DNA of 64,000 nucleotides from Gemmatimonadota bacterium (GTDB lineage Bacteria; ARS69), in NCBI GenBank assembly GCA_030747075.1, contig JASLLL010000001.1, forward strand, positions 78,868 to 142,867. Reading direction: 5' to 3'. The notes below the pieces were generated by a model that worked only from the letters and a program-made list of their open reading frames with translations, did not search any database and had not been told where the DNA came from. Both the position numbers and the translations under genes were made by a program. Positions 1-9,433 of this stretch are shown here, one piece after another; the first letter of the stretch is position 1, and every line of letters starts with the position of its first letter.

Positions 1-1144
1 GGACATACCGCCCCGAGGCGGGCTCGAAGGTGTCGAGCGTCACCGGGGGAAACTCCGACACCCCCCCCACCGACGGCACCAGGATGAACTCCCAGACCTT
101 CTCCCCCCGGATGACGCCGTCCTCCGCGTGCGAGCGTTCCGTGGAGCTGGACTCGTAGACCTTGAATCCCGGCATTTCGGGAAGGGCCGGCGCGGGGATC
201 ACCTTCACATTGCCCTCTCCCGCCAGGCGCACGCTGAGGGTCACCGGTTCCCCGGCGGCCACCGTGTCCCGGTCCAGCGTCGCCGCCAACTGGAACTGCC
301 CCACTGCTCCGGAGAACTCCTCCGGCTTCCCTGCCGCAGGCAACGGCTGGACATGAACCGTGATGGAGTCCGTCGCAAGCTGTACACTCCGCCCGCCCCG
401 CATGAATCCGAAGAGATCGCGGCGGCTTCGGTACCGGTCTTCCAGCGTCGCATTCAGCGTTGCCGGGGCAATCCCGTACTCCCCGTCACCTGTCGGGAAA
501 AGCGCAACGCGCACTCGCTCCGCGATGTACCGCTGCCCCTCCAGCAGAACCTCGGTGGCCTGGGACGAATCCAGTTCCTCCGCCCAGAATCCCTCGAAGC
601 CCGGCTGCGCGTAGTGTGGCGTTCCCAGAAGGCGCACGCGACGCAGGAATGTGAGCGTGTAGGTCACCTGCTGATTCACGAAGGGCGTCTCCGGCTCCGC
701 GCGAGCCGTAACAATGAGATCCCGCCCGGACGACGACGGCGGGCGCTCGTCTCCCAGCTTTGGCGACGCGGACGCGGAGGAACCGGGACGCACCGCCTCC
801 ACCGTGATGGTGTTGCTCCGGAAGACCTCGTCTCCTCTTGCCGCAGTCGCGGGTCCCAGCACGATGCGCCCGGCCTTCGTCGGAACCATCAGGAAGCGCG
901 TCGTGCGACTGGCGGTCATGCTCCCGTTGATGTAGGAGAAGTTGCGCGACTTGTACCGGCTGGCAATCTCCACTCCCGGAGAGGCCGGAAGTTCCGGGCC
1001 GGGGAGCTTCTTCACGCCTTCGCCGCGAACCTCCACGACGACCGTGAACTGCTGCCCGACCACGACACGCTCACGGTCAGCGGACAAGACGACCTCCAGG
1101 GCCGCCGCTCCCGTCGCCATGGCTGTGATCAGCAGAACCACCAT
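1..1144 (-). CDS. BatD-like oxygen-tolerance protein, 3'-truncated at the window edge
   Basis: Not in the ORF track because it has no stop inside the window. My own translation of the minus strand from an ATG at ~1144 gives MVVLLITAMATGAAALEVVLSADRERVVVGQQFTVVVEVRGEG... then KLPGPELPASPGVEIASRY..., which is BatD-family-like. It lies directly downstream of BatC in Bat-operon order. The Arg-rich + strand ORF 128..1588 is its antisense shadow. Confidence 0.55.
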   Translation of the reverse strand, partial: MVVLLITAMATGAAALEVVLSADRERVVVGQQFTVVVEVRGEGVKKLPGPELPASPGVEIASRYKSRNFSYINGSMTASRTTRFLMVPTKAGRIVLGPATAARGDEVFRSNTITVEAVRPGSSASASPKLGDERPPSSSGRDLIVTARAEPETPFVNQQVTYTLTFLRRVRLLGTPHYAQPGFEGFWAEELDSSQATEVLLEGQRYIAERVRVALFPTGDGEYGIAPATLNATLEDRYRSRRDLFGFMRGGRSVQLATDSITVHVQPLPAAGKPEEFSGAVGQFQLAATLDRDTVAAGEPVTLSVRLAGEGNVKVIPAPALPEMPGFKVYESSSTERSHAEDGVIRGEKVWEFILVPSVGGVSEFPPVTLDTFEPASGRYV

Positions 1145-1172
1145 CGCAGGGAAGCGAGGGGAGAGCCGCGGG

Positions 1173-1985
1173 CTACCAGTCCTGCGCGTCCGCACCGAGT
1201 TCCTCCCCTTCCTGAATGTTCAACTGCTCCAGCACCTTCAGTTCCTCCGTCTCGATCGCGTTCAGCAGGCGCTCGGCATCTTCCCGCGACAACTGCTCCT
1301 CGCGCGGACGGTCCTGCTGTGAGTGCTCCTCCTCGCCCTCTCCGGGTTCCTCCGGCGGCGGAGACTCCTCCGTCTCCTCTTCGCCGGGGTTCTCCGTCTC
1401 GGGTGGAGGTTCCCCCTCCTCGGAATCTCCGGAATCCTCGGAGTCGTCTTCGTTCTCCTCCGACTCCTGCTCCTGCGGGTCGTCCTGTTGCTGCTGCTCT
1501 TGTTGCTGCTGCTCCTCCAGTCGCCGGACGGCGATCTCCAGATTCCGCCGCGCGTCCGGGTTCCCGGGGTCGATGTCCAGGCTCTTGAGGTACGCTTCAA
1601 TGGCGCCCTGCGCATCGTCCCCGCCAAGCAGCACATTGCCCAGATTGTAGAGCGCCCCGGAACGAACGGCTTCGTCCTCCGCCGCGGCGGCCGCAAGGAA
1701 TGCGTCGCGGGACTGTTCGTCGTCCCCCGTCTTTGCGAGAAGAACGCCGCGATTGAAATCCGGAACGGGACTCCCGGGATCGATGCGTGCCGCTTCCGCA
1801 TAGTGCGAGAGAGCGAGCGCCGCCGAGGCACTGTCCGCCGCGCCCGCTTCCGCGGCGGCCCGGTTCCCCTTCGCCACCTGTTCGTGCAGCGACCCGAACG
1901 GCGACCATCCGGCCGAGAGAAGCGCCACGACCGGCAGCAGCAAGCTCGACGAAAACCCCCTACGCAAAGCGTCCCTCCCAGTCAT
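1173..1985 (-). CDS. BatC-like TPR-repeat protein with an acidic Glu/Asp/Gln-rich tail
   Basis: TPR-like segments (AEAARIDPGSPVPDFNRGVLLAKTGD..., YNLGNVLLGGDDAQGAIEAYLKSLDIDPGNPDARRNL) are followed by a poly-Q/E/D low-complexity tail. The ORF extends to 2042, but the likely start is the ATG at ~1985 (MTGRDALRRGFSSSLLLPVVALLSAGWS, an N-terminal TM/signal segment), which overlaps the BatB stop. Confidence 0.7.
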   Translation of the reverse strand: MTGRDALRRGFSSSLLLPVVALLSAGWSPFGSLHEQVAKGNRAAAEAGAADSASAALALSHYAEAARIDPGSPVPDFNRGVLLAKTGDDEQSRDAFLAAAAAEDEAVRSGALYNLGNVLLGGDDAQGAIEAYLKSLDIDPGNPDARRNLEIAVRRLEEQQQQEQQQQDDPQEQESEENEDDSEDSGDSEEGEPPPETENPGEEETEESPPPEEPGEGEEEHSQQDRPREEQLSREDAERLLNAIETEELKVLEQLNIQEGEELGADAQDW

Positions 1986-2994
1986 GGCTGCGGCGAACGC
2001 GCTCCGGAAGCACGAGGTCCACCAGAAGCAGGAGCAGCGCAATGGCCAGTGGTACCTGGAACCGCGGCTCGAACTGCGTGAACTTCCGCGACGCCACTTC
2101 GCGCTCCTCGATCCCGGCGATCTCTTCGTGGATGCGGTCCAGTTCCAGTTCTCCCCTCGTCGCGTGATGATAACTGCCGCCGGTGATTGACGCGATGCGC
2201 TCCAGCACTTCCTCGTCCAGCGCGGTCATCACGATCTCTCCCGATCGGTCCTTCTTGTATGCCACTCCGGAAGGATCGTCGTCCGGCATCGGGATGGGTT
2301 CTCCGGCACCGGACCCGATGCCGATCGTGAAGATCCTGATTCCGCGACGAGCCGCCTCCTCCGCGGCTTGCACCCCTCCACCGGACGGGTCGTCCCCGTC
2401 GGTGACGAGCACGAGCGCCCGGTGCTTGTCGTCCTGAACTTCGGAACCGAACGCCGAGAGCGCCGAGCGAATGGCTGCTCCGAGATTGGTGCCGGGGCGC
2501 GAGACGGAGCGAATGTCGAGTACCTCCAGAAACATGCGCGCCGCGCCGTAGTCCAGCGTCAACGGGCACTGGAGGTGCGCACCCCCGGCGAAGGCCACCA
2601 ACCCGACGCGATCCCCGTCCAGCCGATCGAGGAATGCGGACACTTCGCGCCGTGCCTTCCCGAGACGCGAAGGGGCGACATCGCGGGCCATCATCGACAG
2701 CGATGTGTCGAGCGCAATCAAGAGGTCGATCCCCCGACGCTTCACCGTCACCTCGCGGCTCCCGACACGAGGACCGGCCAACGCAAACGCAATCAGGACA
2801 AGCGCCGTTCCCTGAAGCACCGCCTTCCAGCGGCGGCGTGACGGGCTCAAGCCCTGCGCGAGGCGCGCCGCGAGATCATCGGAGAGGAGTTGCCGCCGGG
2901 CGCGATCCGCCGAACGGAACGCCGCGCGAAAGAAAAGCGGAATCAGCGGCGCCAACCACAGCGCGTGCAGGACTTCCGGGCGAGAGAACTTCAT
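1960..2994 (-). CDS. BatB-like von Willebrand factor A domain membrane protein
   Basis: Carries a VWA MIDAS motif (LIALDTSLSMMARDVAPSRL...VGLVAFAGGAHLQCPLTLDY...LVLVTDGDDPSG). An N-terminal TM segment follows the internal Met (MKFSRPEVLHALWLAPLIPLFF). The start ATG overlaps the BatA stop in an ATGA arrangement. Confidence 0.75.
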   Translation of the reverse strand: MKFSRPEVLHALWLAPLIPLFFRAAFRSADRARRQLLSDDLAARLAQGLSPSRRRWKAVLQGTALVLIAFALAGPRVGSREVTVKRRGIDLLIALDTSLSMMARDVAPSRLGKARREVSAFLDRLDGDRVGLVAFAGGAHLQCPLTLDYGAARMFLEVLDIRSVSRPGTNLGAAIRSALSAFGSEVQDDKHRALVLVTDGDDPSGGGVQAAEEAARRGIRIFTIGIGSGAGEPIPMPDDDPSGVAYKKDRSGEIVMTALDEEVLERIASITGGSYHHATRGELELDRIHEEIAGIEEREVASRKFTQFEPRFQVPLAIALLLLLVDLVLPERVRRSHDWEGRFA

Positions 2995-3981
2995 GGCAGC
3001 ACCCGAAGCCGCGTATGCGCCAGCAGCATCTCCAGGAGCAGGAGGAGCAGCGCGGGAAGCGCGGCCCACCGAAATCGTTCGTGCGCTCGTTCGAATCGCT
3101 TCACCTGGAACTTCGTTCGCTCCAGATCCAGAATCCGCGCATAGATTCCAGCCAGCGCGTCGGGGTCGGTTGCGCGGAAGTACTCGCCGCCGGTCACGGA
3201 TGCGATTCCCCGGAGCGTCTCCTCATCGAGCTTCGTCATCGCGATGGACCCGTCCGCGTTCCGTGCGAGGATCTTCCCGTAGACCGGGTGCACGATCGGA
3301 ATGGGAGCGCCACCCTCCTTGCCGACGCCGATGGTGTAGACGCGAACTCCGAACGCTTCCGCCACCTTTGCGGCGGTGGACGGGTCGATCTTCCCGGCGT
3401 TGTTCTCCCCGTCTGTCAGCAGGATGACCACCTTGCTGTGCGCCGCTGAATCCCGGAGACGGCTGACGCTGTTCGCCAGTGCGGTGCCGATGGCCGTCCC
3501 GTCTTCGATGGAGCCGATCGACACGCCCTCCAGCAGATTTCGCAGGACACCATAGTCCAGCGTCAATGGGCACTGCGTGTATGCCTGCCCCGCAAAGACA
3601 ACAAGCCCCACGCGATCGTTGGAGATCATGTCGAGAAACTCGCCGACGACATTCTTCGCCACGCGGAGACGGTTCTTCGGCTTGAAGTCCTCCGCCTGCA
3701 TGGAACCGGAGACATCGAGTGCCAGCATGATGTCGATGCCTTCGGTCAGAATCTCCTCTTCCCGCTCCACAATCTGCGGACGCGCCACCGCCACGGCCAG
3801 CAGGACGAGCGCCAGAATCCGCAGCACAGGAAGGGCGCGACGGGCACGCACCCGGAGGGAGGGACCCGCAACCGCCAGAGGCGCGGTAAACGAATAGCGC
3901 ACGGCCGCCCGCAAGCGGAGATTCCGGCGAAGCACAAACAGGCCCGCCGCCAGGATCGGAAGAAGCGCCCACAGCGCCATG
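2991..3981 (-). CDS. BatA-like von Willebrand factor A domain membrane protein
   Basis: The 597-aa ORF has a ~268-aa Arg/Gly-rich N-terminal extension that overlaps the upstream gene and is not protein-like. The real start is the internal Met, MALWALLPILAAGLFVLRRNL (TM segment). The VWA MIDAS motif is present (IMLALDVSGSMQAEDFKPKNRL...VGLVVFAGQAYTQCPLTLDY...VILLTDGENNAG), and there is a C-terminal TM segment. Confidence 0.75.
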
Positions 3982-3994
3982 GGGTCCCGGAAGG

Positions 3995-4942
3995 TCACGC
4001 CGACACCTCCCGGGCGACCGGCGTGGTATCCAGAACGACGCGCCGTGTCTCCGCGTGGACCTCCCGTGCCTCGGACTCCGGCGGGCACGCCTTCGCGAAC
4101 TTCACGAGATCGGCATGGCGCAACATGGAGAGCACGCGTCCGCGAATCGCGTCCGGAATCGGCGCGCGGCGAAGGTGGGGCAGCAGGTCGGCAGTGGTCG
4201 TCTCCAGCGCGGGCACGCCATACCGCTCTTCCAGATAAAGTCGGAGCGCGGCCGTCACCTCCACATACTGCCGCTGGATGCGCCCGGCCGAAACATGGTC
4301 CGCCCCGGCAATCCGGTCCAGCTCCTCCAGCGCCGTCTCCCAGGCGGGGCGCAGGGGAACGCGCACGCGGGGAGGGCGCGGTTCTGCCACCTCGCGCGCG
4401 CGCCGCCGCCGAATGATGCGCCACGCCACAGCCGCCGCCGCAAGAAGCAGGACGATCAGCACCACGGGAACGCGCCAGTCTCTGGGAACGCTGAGCGCGG
4501 GAAGAAGCGGCGAGGGCGCCGGGGCGGCCGCGCTGTCGGACGGCGTGGACAGGTTGGAAGCAACCGTGACGCGCACCTCCTTCGTCCGCACCTCCGTGAC
4601 GCTTCCATCCGGTCCGCGTGCCACCAGCGGGAGGGACGGGAAGCCCACCTCCCCCGGACTCATCGGCACGAACTCCATCCGAACGGCACTCTCCGCGTGT
4701 CCGTCGCTCGCGGGGACCGCCCTTGCCGAGCGAAGCCGGAACGGGGCCGCCTCGGTCGCCTCGGTCGGAGGCACAATCGCCCACTCGGGGAACTCCGGTA
4801 GATCGGCCGTCACCAGCAGGCGGCCACCGACCGCCACATGCGTGGTGTCAATCCGGGTCCGCGCAATCTCCGGCACGCCTTCAGCCCACGCGGGGAGTGC
4901 CGCAAGAGCCAGAAGCGCAAGCGCCCGCAGCATCTTCCTCAT
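3995..4942 (-). CDS. Hypothetical membrane protein of the Bat operon (DUF4381-like position and architecture)
   Basis: N-terminal signal peptide MRKMLRALALLALAALPAWA; a central TM helix followed by a basic stretch (VVLIVLLLAAAAVAWRIIRRRRARE). It sits between DUF58 and BatA, as in characterised Bat operons. Its ATG overlaps the DUF58 stop (ATGA). Confidence 0.55.
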   Translation of the reverse strand: MRKMLRALALLALAALPAWAEGVPEIARTRIDTTHVAVGGRLLVTADLPEFPEWAIVPPTEATEAAPFRLRSARAVPASDGHAESAVRMEFVPMSPGEVGFPSLPLVARGPDGSVTEVRTKEVRVTVASNLSTPSDSAAAPAPSPLLPALSVPRDWRVPVVLIVLLLAAAAVAWRIIRRRRAREVAEPRPPRVRVPLRPAWETALEELDRIAGADHVSAGRIQRQYVEVTAALRLYLEERYGVPALETTTADLLPHLRRAPIPDAIRGRVLSMLRHADLVKFAKACPPESEAREVHAETRRVVLDTTPVAREVSA

Positions 4943-5820
4943 CTCGACAGCTCCCGTTCCCGGCGACGGAAGAACGCCCGGAGCGGTTCCGCGTAGGGGC
5001 GATCGGTCGTGACTTCCACGGCATCCACACCGTACTTCCGAAAGAGCGCCGTCCGGTCGTCGTGGTCGCGGCGGCGACGACGGCGAACCGCTTCTCTCAC
5101 GCGAGCCTCCGAAAGGTCCACAACACGCTCGTCGCCCGTCTCCGCGTCGCGAACATGCACCAGACCCACAGGCGGGATATCATTCTCCGCCGGGTCGGTG
5201 ATGGTGATTGCAATCAGGTCGTGCCGCCGGTTCGCAACTCGAAGCGGCCGTGAATAATCAGGAGAGGCAAAGTCGGACAGCAGGAAGACGACCGCCTTTC
5301 GCGGGATCACACGGGACAGATACTCCAGTGCCCCACCGACATCGGTCCCGCGACCCTCCGGCTGGAAGAAGAGCATCTCGCGAATGACGCGCAGCACATG
5401 CTTCTTCCCCTTCTTGGGCGGAATGAACAGTTCGATCCGATCCGTGAAGATGATCGCGCCGACCTTGTCGTTGTTTCGTATTGCGGAAAACGCGAGCACC
5501 GCCGCCATCTCCGCCGCAACCTCGCCCTTCATGCGTGCCACGCTTCCGAAGTCCAGCGAGCGCGATGCATCCACCAGAAACATCACCGTCTGTTCCCGTT
5601 CCTCCACGAACTTCTTCACATGCGGCTGCCCGGTGCGCGCCGTCACATTCCAGTCGATGGATCGGATGTCGTCGCCGTGCAGGTATTCGCGCACTTCCGC
5701 GAACTCCATGCCGCGCCCTTTGAAGACGCTGCCATACTCTCCCGCGAACACATCGTTCACAAGCGAGCGGCTTCGGATTTCGATGGCCTCGACGGCCTGG
5801 AGAATCTCTCGTGGAATCAT
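4939..5820 (-). CDS. DUF58 domain protein (MoxR-associated, VWA-like)
   Basis: DUF58 signature region EYGSVFKGRGMEFAEVREYLHGDDIRSIDWNVTARTGQPHVKKF, then a VWA-like stretch MFLVDASRSLDFGS. It is located directly downstream of the MoxR ATPase. Confidence 0.8.
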   Translation of the reverse strand: MIPREILQAVEAIEIRSRSLVNDVFAGEYGSVFKGRGMEFAEVREYLHGDDIRSIDWNVTARTGQPHVKKFVEEREQTVMFLVDASRSLDFGSVARMKGEVAAEMAAVLAFSAIRNNDKVGAIIFTDRIELFIPPKKGKKHVLRVIREMLFFQPEGRGTDVGGALEYLSRVIPRKAVVFLLSDFASPDYSRPLRVANRRHDLIAITITDPAENDIPPVGLVHVRDAETGDERVVDLSEARVREAVRRRRRRDHDDRTALFRKYGVDAVEVTTDRPYAEPLRAFFRRRERELSR

Positions 5821-5838
5821 GACGAACTCCGGCCGCTG

Positions 5839-6831
5839 CTACGGAACCTCGATGGTGTCGAAGATCCTGTTCACAACATCCTCGGAGGTCGTCTCCTCCG
5901 CCTCCGCCTCGTAGGTCAGGATGACGCGATGGCGAAGCACATCTCTTCCGATCGCGCGGACATCGTCGGGAGTGACATAGCCGCGTCGCGCCAGAAATGC
6001 GTGCGCCTTTGCCGCGAGAACCAGATAGATCGTGGCGCGCGGAGAGGCTCCGTACTCGATGAGATCCGCCAGTTCGGACAGCCCATGCTCTGCCGGTTCG
6101 CGAGTTGCGTGGACAAGGTCCACGACATAGTTCTCCACCTTCTCGTCCATGTAGATGTCGCGGACCACGCCGCGAGCGCGGATCAGTTCCGCCTTCCCGA
6201 CTGCCTTCCCCGGCATCTCCACGGGCCGACCCGTCTGTCGCCGGAGAATCTCCCGTTCTTCTGACTTTCCCGGGTAACCCACAATCACCTTCAGCATGAA
6301 GCGATCCACCTGCGCCTCCGGCAGCGGGTAGGTCCCCTCCTGCTCGATGGGGTTCTGTGTGGCCAGCACAAGGAACGGTTCGTCCAGCGGGTAGGTGGTC
6401 TCCCCGATCGTGACCTGCCGTTCCTGCATGGCCTCCAGAAGCGCGGACTGTACTTTCGCGGGGGCGCGGTTGATCTCGTCGGCCAGAATCACATTCGCGA
6501 AGATCGGTCCCTTCTTCGGGAGGAATGTCCCCTGCTTCTGGTCGTAGATCAGCGTACCGACCAGATCCGCCGGAAGGAGGTCCGGCGTAAACTGAATCCG
6601 ATGAAAGTCCGCCTCGACGAGCGAAGCCAGCGTACTCACCGTAAGGGTCTTTGCGAGTCCCGGGACCCCTTCCAGAAGAACATGGCCATCCGCGAGAAGC
6701 GCCACAAGAAGTCTCTCCACCATGGTGGTCTGCCCGACAATCACCCGCCCCATCTCATGCTGAACCCTCTCGACGAACGCGCTCTCGGCGTGGATGCGTT
6801 CGTTGAGTGCCTCAATGTCCGCGACTGCCAC
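5839..6831 (-). CDS. MoxR-family AAA+ ATPase
   Basis: Walker A GVPGLAKT and Walker B ILADEINRAPAKVQSALLEAMQERQVTIG are present, with end-to-end MoxR-like sequence. The start is a GTG. Confidence 0.9.
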   Translation of the reverse strand: MAVADIEALNERIHAESAFVERVQHEMGRVIVGQTTMVERLLVALLADGHVLLEGVPGLAKTLTVSTLASLVEADFHRIQFTPDLLPADLVGTLIYDQKQGTFLPKKGPIFANVILADEINRAPAKVQSALLEAMQERQVTIGETTYPLDEPFLVLATQNPIEQEGTYPLPEAQVDRFMLKVIVGYPGKSEEREILRRQTGRPVEMPGKAVGKAELIRARGVVRDIYMDEKVENYVVDLVHATREPAEHGLSELADLIEYGASPRATIYLVLAAKAHAFLARRGYVTPDDVRAIGRDVLRHRVILTYEAEAEETTSEDVVNRIFDTIEVP

Positions 6832-6888
6832 GATCCCGAACTCCTTTCACTGAATCCAGTTGTCTGCCATGCCACTCGATGCGGGAAC

Positions 6889-8589
6889 TCAGCCCTCGTC
6901 CGTGGCGATCTCTCTCTGCTGTGTTTCCACTCCGGCGAGCGCACGCGCAAAAGCCTCTGTGTCGAGAATCAGATCCACCGCCGCCTGCGCCTGCGTGTCG
7001 TTACGGAGGATCGCGCTGTACATGCCCGCTGTTCCGTGCACCTTGGAGAGAATCTCCCGCTCAAGAGCAAAGGCCACATACTCGGCGTTTCGATCGAAGT
7101 CGCGACCCTTCTCCAGTTCAAACCGGGCGCCCAGCCCTTCCAGCGCGGAGAGCGTTTCGGCGTCGTATTCCTCTTTTTCCAGAAGGTCACGCAGGCGCGT
7201 CAGTTCCATCTCGGCGGCCGTTTCGTACTCAAGGTCCTGCGTCTCCAAAAACGCACGGAACTCCTTCACCAGACTCTCACCCACGCGGAAGTCTGTGGGG
7301 ATCTCCTTCTCTCTCGCAATGAAGTCCACCGCAAAATGGAAGATGTGATTCTGTTGCTCCAGTTCAAATCCGAACCGGGTGCGATAGTCCCCTTCCATCT
7401 CGATGTCCGGAACAATACCGCCGTCATCCCCCGCGTCTTCGTCCGCGTCCTCGTCTTCCTCTGCGTCCTCCGACGGTTCCTCCGGGACGGCCTCCGCGTC
7501 CAGCGGGTCCTTCCCGTTGATCAGTCCGGTGGTGTCGCGCTGAAGACAACGCCCCGATGGCGTGTACCACCGCGCCGTGGTGAGCTTCAGGTTGGCTTCC
7601 GGACTCATCGGGAGAAGTGTCTGCACCAGTCCCTTGCCGTATGTCGGCTCCCCGAGAATGACCGCCCGGTCGCTGTCCTGAAGCGCACCCGCGACAATCT
7701 CCGACGCACTCGCCGTCGACCCGTTCACCAGAATCACCACGGGAATCCCGTCCGGGAATACCGTGTTCGAAGAGGAGCGGAACTCGCGACGATCCCGTTC
7801 CGACCTCCCCTGCGTGTAAGCGATCAACTCCCCCTTGGGCAGGAACATCTCCGAGACGGAAACCGCCTGCGTCAGAAGGCCACCATGATTCCAGCGAAGG
7901 TCGAAGACGATGCCCCGCGCGCCCTGATCCAACAGGTCGCGGAGCGCGGCCTCCACTTCTTCTCCGGTGTCTTCGCTGAATCGTGACAGACGCAGATAGC
8001 CAATGTCGTCACGGACAATCCGCGCGTCGGGGACGGAGTTCAGTTCGATCACATCCCGCACGATCGTCACTTCGAACGGCGCGGGTTCACCCTTGCGCCG
8101 GATGGTGATGGTGACTTCCGTGCCCTTGGGTCCGCGAAGAATGGACGCCGCCTCCGCGGTGGTGATCCCGTGCGTGCTCTCCTCTTCGATCGCGACGATC
8201 TGATCTCCGGCTCGAATGCCCAGCTTGAATGCGGGCGTTCCTTCGATGGGGGAAACCACCGTCAGCCAATCGTCGCGGATGTCGATCGAGATCCCGATCC
8301 CGCCATACTTGCCCTGCGTCTCCAGCATCAGGCGGTCGAACTGCTTCTTCTCCATAAAGTTCGTGTGCTGGTCCAGCGAGCCCAGCATCCCCTCGATGGA
8401 GGCGCGAATCAGATCTCCGGAGTCCACTTCGTCGACATACTGGTCGAATACGGCCACAAGAACTTTGTTGTAGACCTTGATGTCGTTGAAGATGTTGCGG
8501 GCGGCCTGGGTGCGCGTGGTCACCGCCACCACTGCCGCAACAACGAGAAGCGGCACAATCACACGGAATACATGACGGCGGCGGATCAT
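6889..8589 (-). CDS. Carboxy-terminal processing protease (S41 family, PDZ domain) with a long acidic C-terminal extension
   Basis: PDZ region (GGIGISIDIRDDWLTVVSPIEGTPAFKLGIRAGDQIVAIE) and S41 catalytic region (GIVFDLRWNHGGLL...LVNGSTASASEIVAGALQD...GEPTYGKGLVQT). The likely start is the internal Met MIRRRHVFRVIVPLLVVAAVVAV (TM/signal) at ~8589; the ORF extends to 8691. Confidence 0.85.
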   Translation of the reverse strand: MIRRRHVFRVIVPLLVVAAVVAVTTRTQAARNIFNDIKVYNKVLVAVFDQYVDEVDSGDLIRASIEGMLGSLDQHTNFMEKKQFDRLMLETQGKYGGIGISIDIRDDWLTVVSPIEGTPAFKLGIRAGDQIVAIEEESTHGITTAEAASILRGPKGTEVTITIRRKGEPAPFEVTIVRDVIELNSVPDARIVRDDIGYLRLSRFSEDTGEEVEAALRDLLDQGARGIVFDLRWNHGGLLTQAVSVSEMFLPKGELIAYTQGRSERDRREFRSSSNTVFPDGIPVVILVNGSTASASEIVAGALQDSDRAVILGEPTYGKGLVQTLLPMSPEANLKLTTARWYTPSGRCLQRDTTGLINGKDPLDAEAVPEEPSEDAEEDEDADEDAGDDGGIVPDIEMEGDYRTRFGFELEQQNHIFHFAVDFIAREKEIPTDFRVGESLVKEFRAFLETQDLEYETAAEMELTRLRDLLEKEEYDAETLSALEGLGARFELEKGRDFDRNAEYVAFALEREILSKVHGTAGMYSAILRNDTQAQAAVDLILDTEAFARALAGVETQQREIATDEG

Positions 8590-8739
8590 CAGGCTCGACT
8601 CCCTCCCCGGACTCGCGAATGCGGCCGGATGCGGACCATGAGTAACGGACCGGGCACGCCCGCGCGAAACCCGTTCCGGGAGATTTACCAACCCCGCTCG
8701 ACCGGAAAAGTGCCCTCGGTCGGGCGGGGAATCCGAGGT

Positions 8740-9387
8740 TTATTCGCGGTCCCGGGCAGCCATTTTCTCGGCGTGGTCGATGTCCTCCAGGGCACCCTTC
8801 GCGAAGAAACTCACCAGTTCGGAAGAACTCCCGGCCGCCTTTTCAAGGTGGGGCCGTGCCACCGGATCCCCAAACCACCCCAGCGCAAACGCCGCATCCA
8901 TGCTGACGAGTTCCTCGTCCGACCCCAGCGTCTCGATGAGGTGGGGGATGGCCTTGCGGCCTTCCTCCGCGAGAATCGGGGTGTCCTGCGTTCGGGCCAC
9001 GGCACGACACGCCATGGCTCGTGTGGACGCTTCCGGATCCTCCTGCAAGAGGCGAATGACCGGATCAATCCACCGCGGGTCGTCGATGTAGCTCACGGTG
9101 TGCATGGCATACTCGCGAACGGGAGTACGGCTGTCGCCCATCAGATCCACCAGTGCGGGAACGCTCTCGTTGCCGATGATCCTCAACTCGAAGAACATCC
9201 GATTCCGCATGGGGTCGTTGCCTTCCAGGATGGCCGTCACCATCGTCTCGATGGCCGTGGCGATCGCGGCCGCGGTATCCTCTGTCTCGTCCTGCGCGGG
9301 AGCGGGGGCCGTTGTCCCGCTCAGCGCGAACAGACACGCCCCAAGGACGAGAGTGGTCGCAAAACGGGGAATCCTCATCATCTCCAT
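8740..9387 (-). CDS. HEAT-repeat (PBS-lyase-like) secreted protein
   Basis: Signal peptide after the internal Met (MEMMRIPRFATTLVLGACLFALSG), then repeated HEAT-like units (VPALVDLMGDSRTPVREYAMHTV..., IPHLIETLGSDEELVSMDAAFALGWFGDPVARPHL). Confidence 0.55.
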   Translation of the reverse strand: MEMMRIPRFATTLVLGACLFALSGTTAPAPAQDETEDTAAAIATAIETMVTAILEGNDPMRNRMFFELRIIGNESVPALVDLMGDSRTPVREYAMHTVSYIDDPRWIDPVIRLLQEDPEASTRAMACRAVARTQDTPILAEEGRKAIPHLIETLGSDEELVSMDAAFALGWFGDPVARPHLEKAAGSSSELVSFFAKGALEDIDHAEKMAARDRE

Positions 9388-9433
9388 CCCTCCGGGTACC
9401 CGGGTTTGACGCCCCCTTGAAGCGGGGGCTGCA

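Noticed and set aside
128-1588. 486-aa + strand ORF (Arg/Pro/Gly-rich) at the window start
   Set aside because: Low-complexity, Arg-rich composition typical of antisense frames in high-GC DNA. The opposite strand encodes a clear BatD-like protein across the same interval.
2991-4784. Frame/coordinate inconsistencies (±1 nt) between labelled sequence positions and ORF-track ends (for example stop of 3995..4942, starts of 2991..4784 and apbE)
   Set aside because: These are most likely numbering or printing offsets in the supplied text rather than biological frameshifts. Translations read from the sequence itself are uninterrupted, so they are not reported as pseudogenes. Coordinates of internal starts are therefore approximate.
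6601-7986. 461-aa + strand ORF
   Set aside because: Antisense to the S41 protease gene; no motifs and atypical composition.
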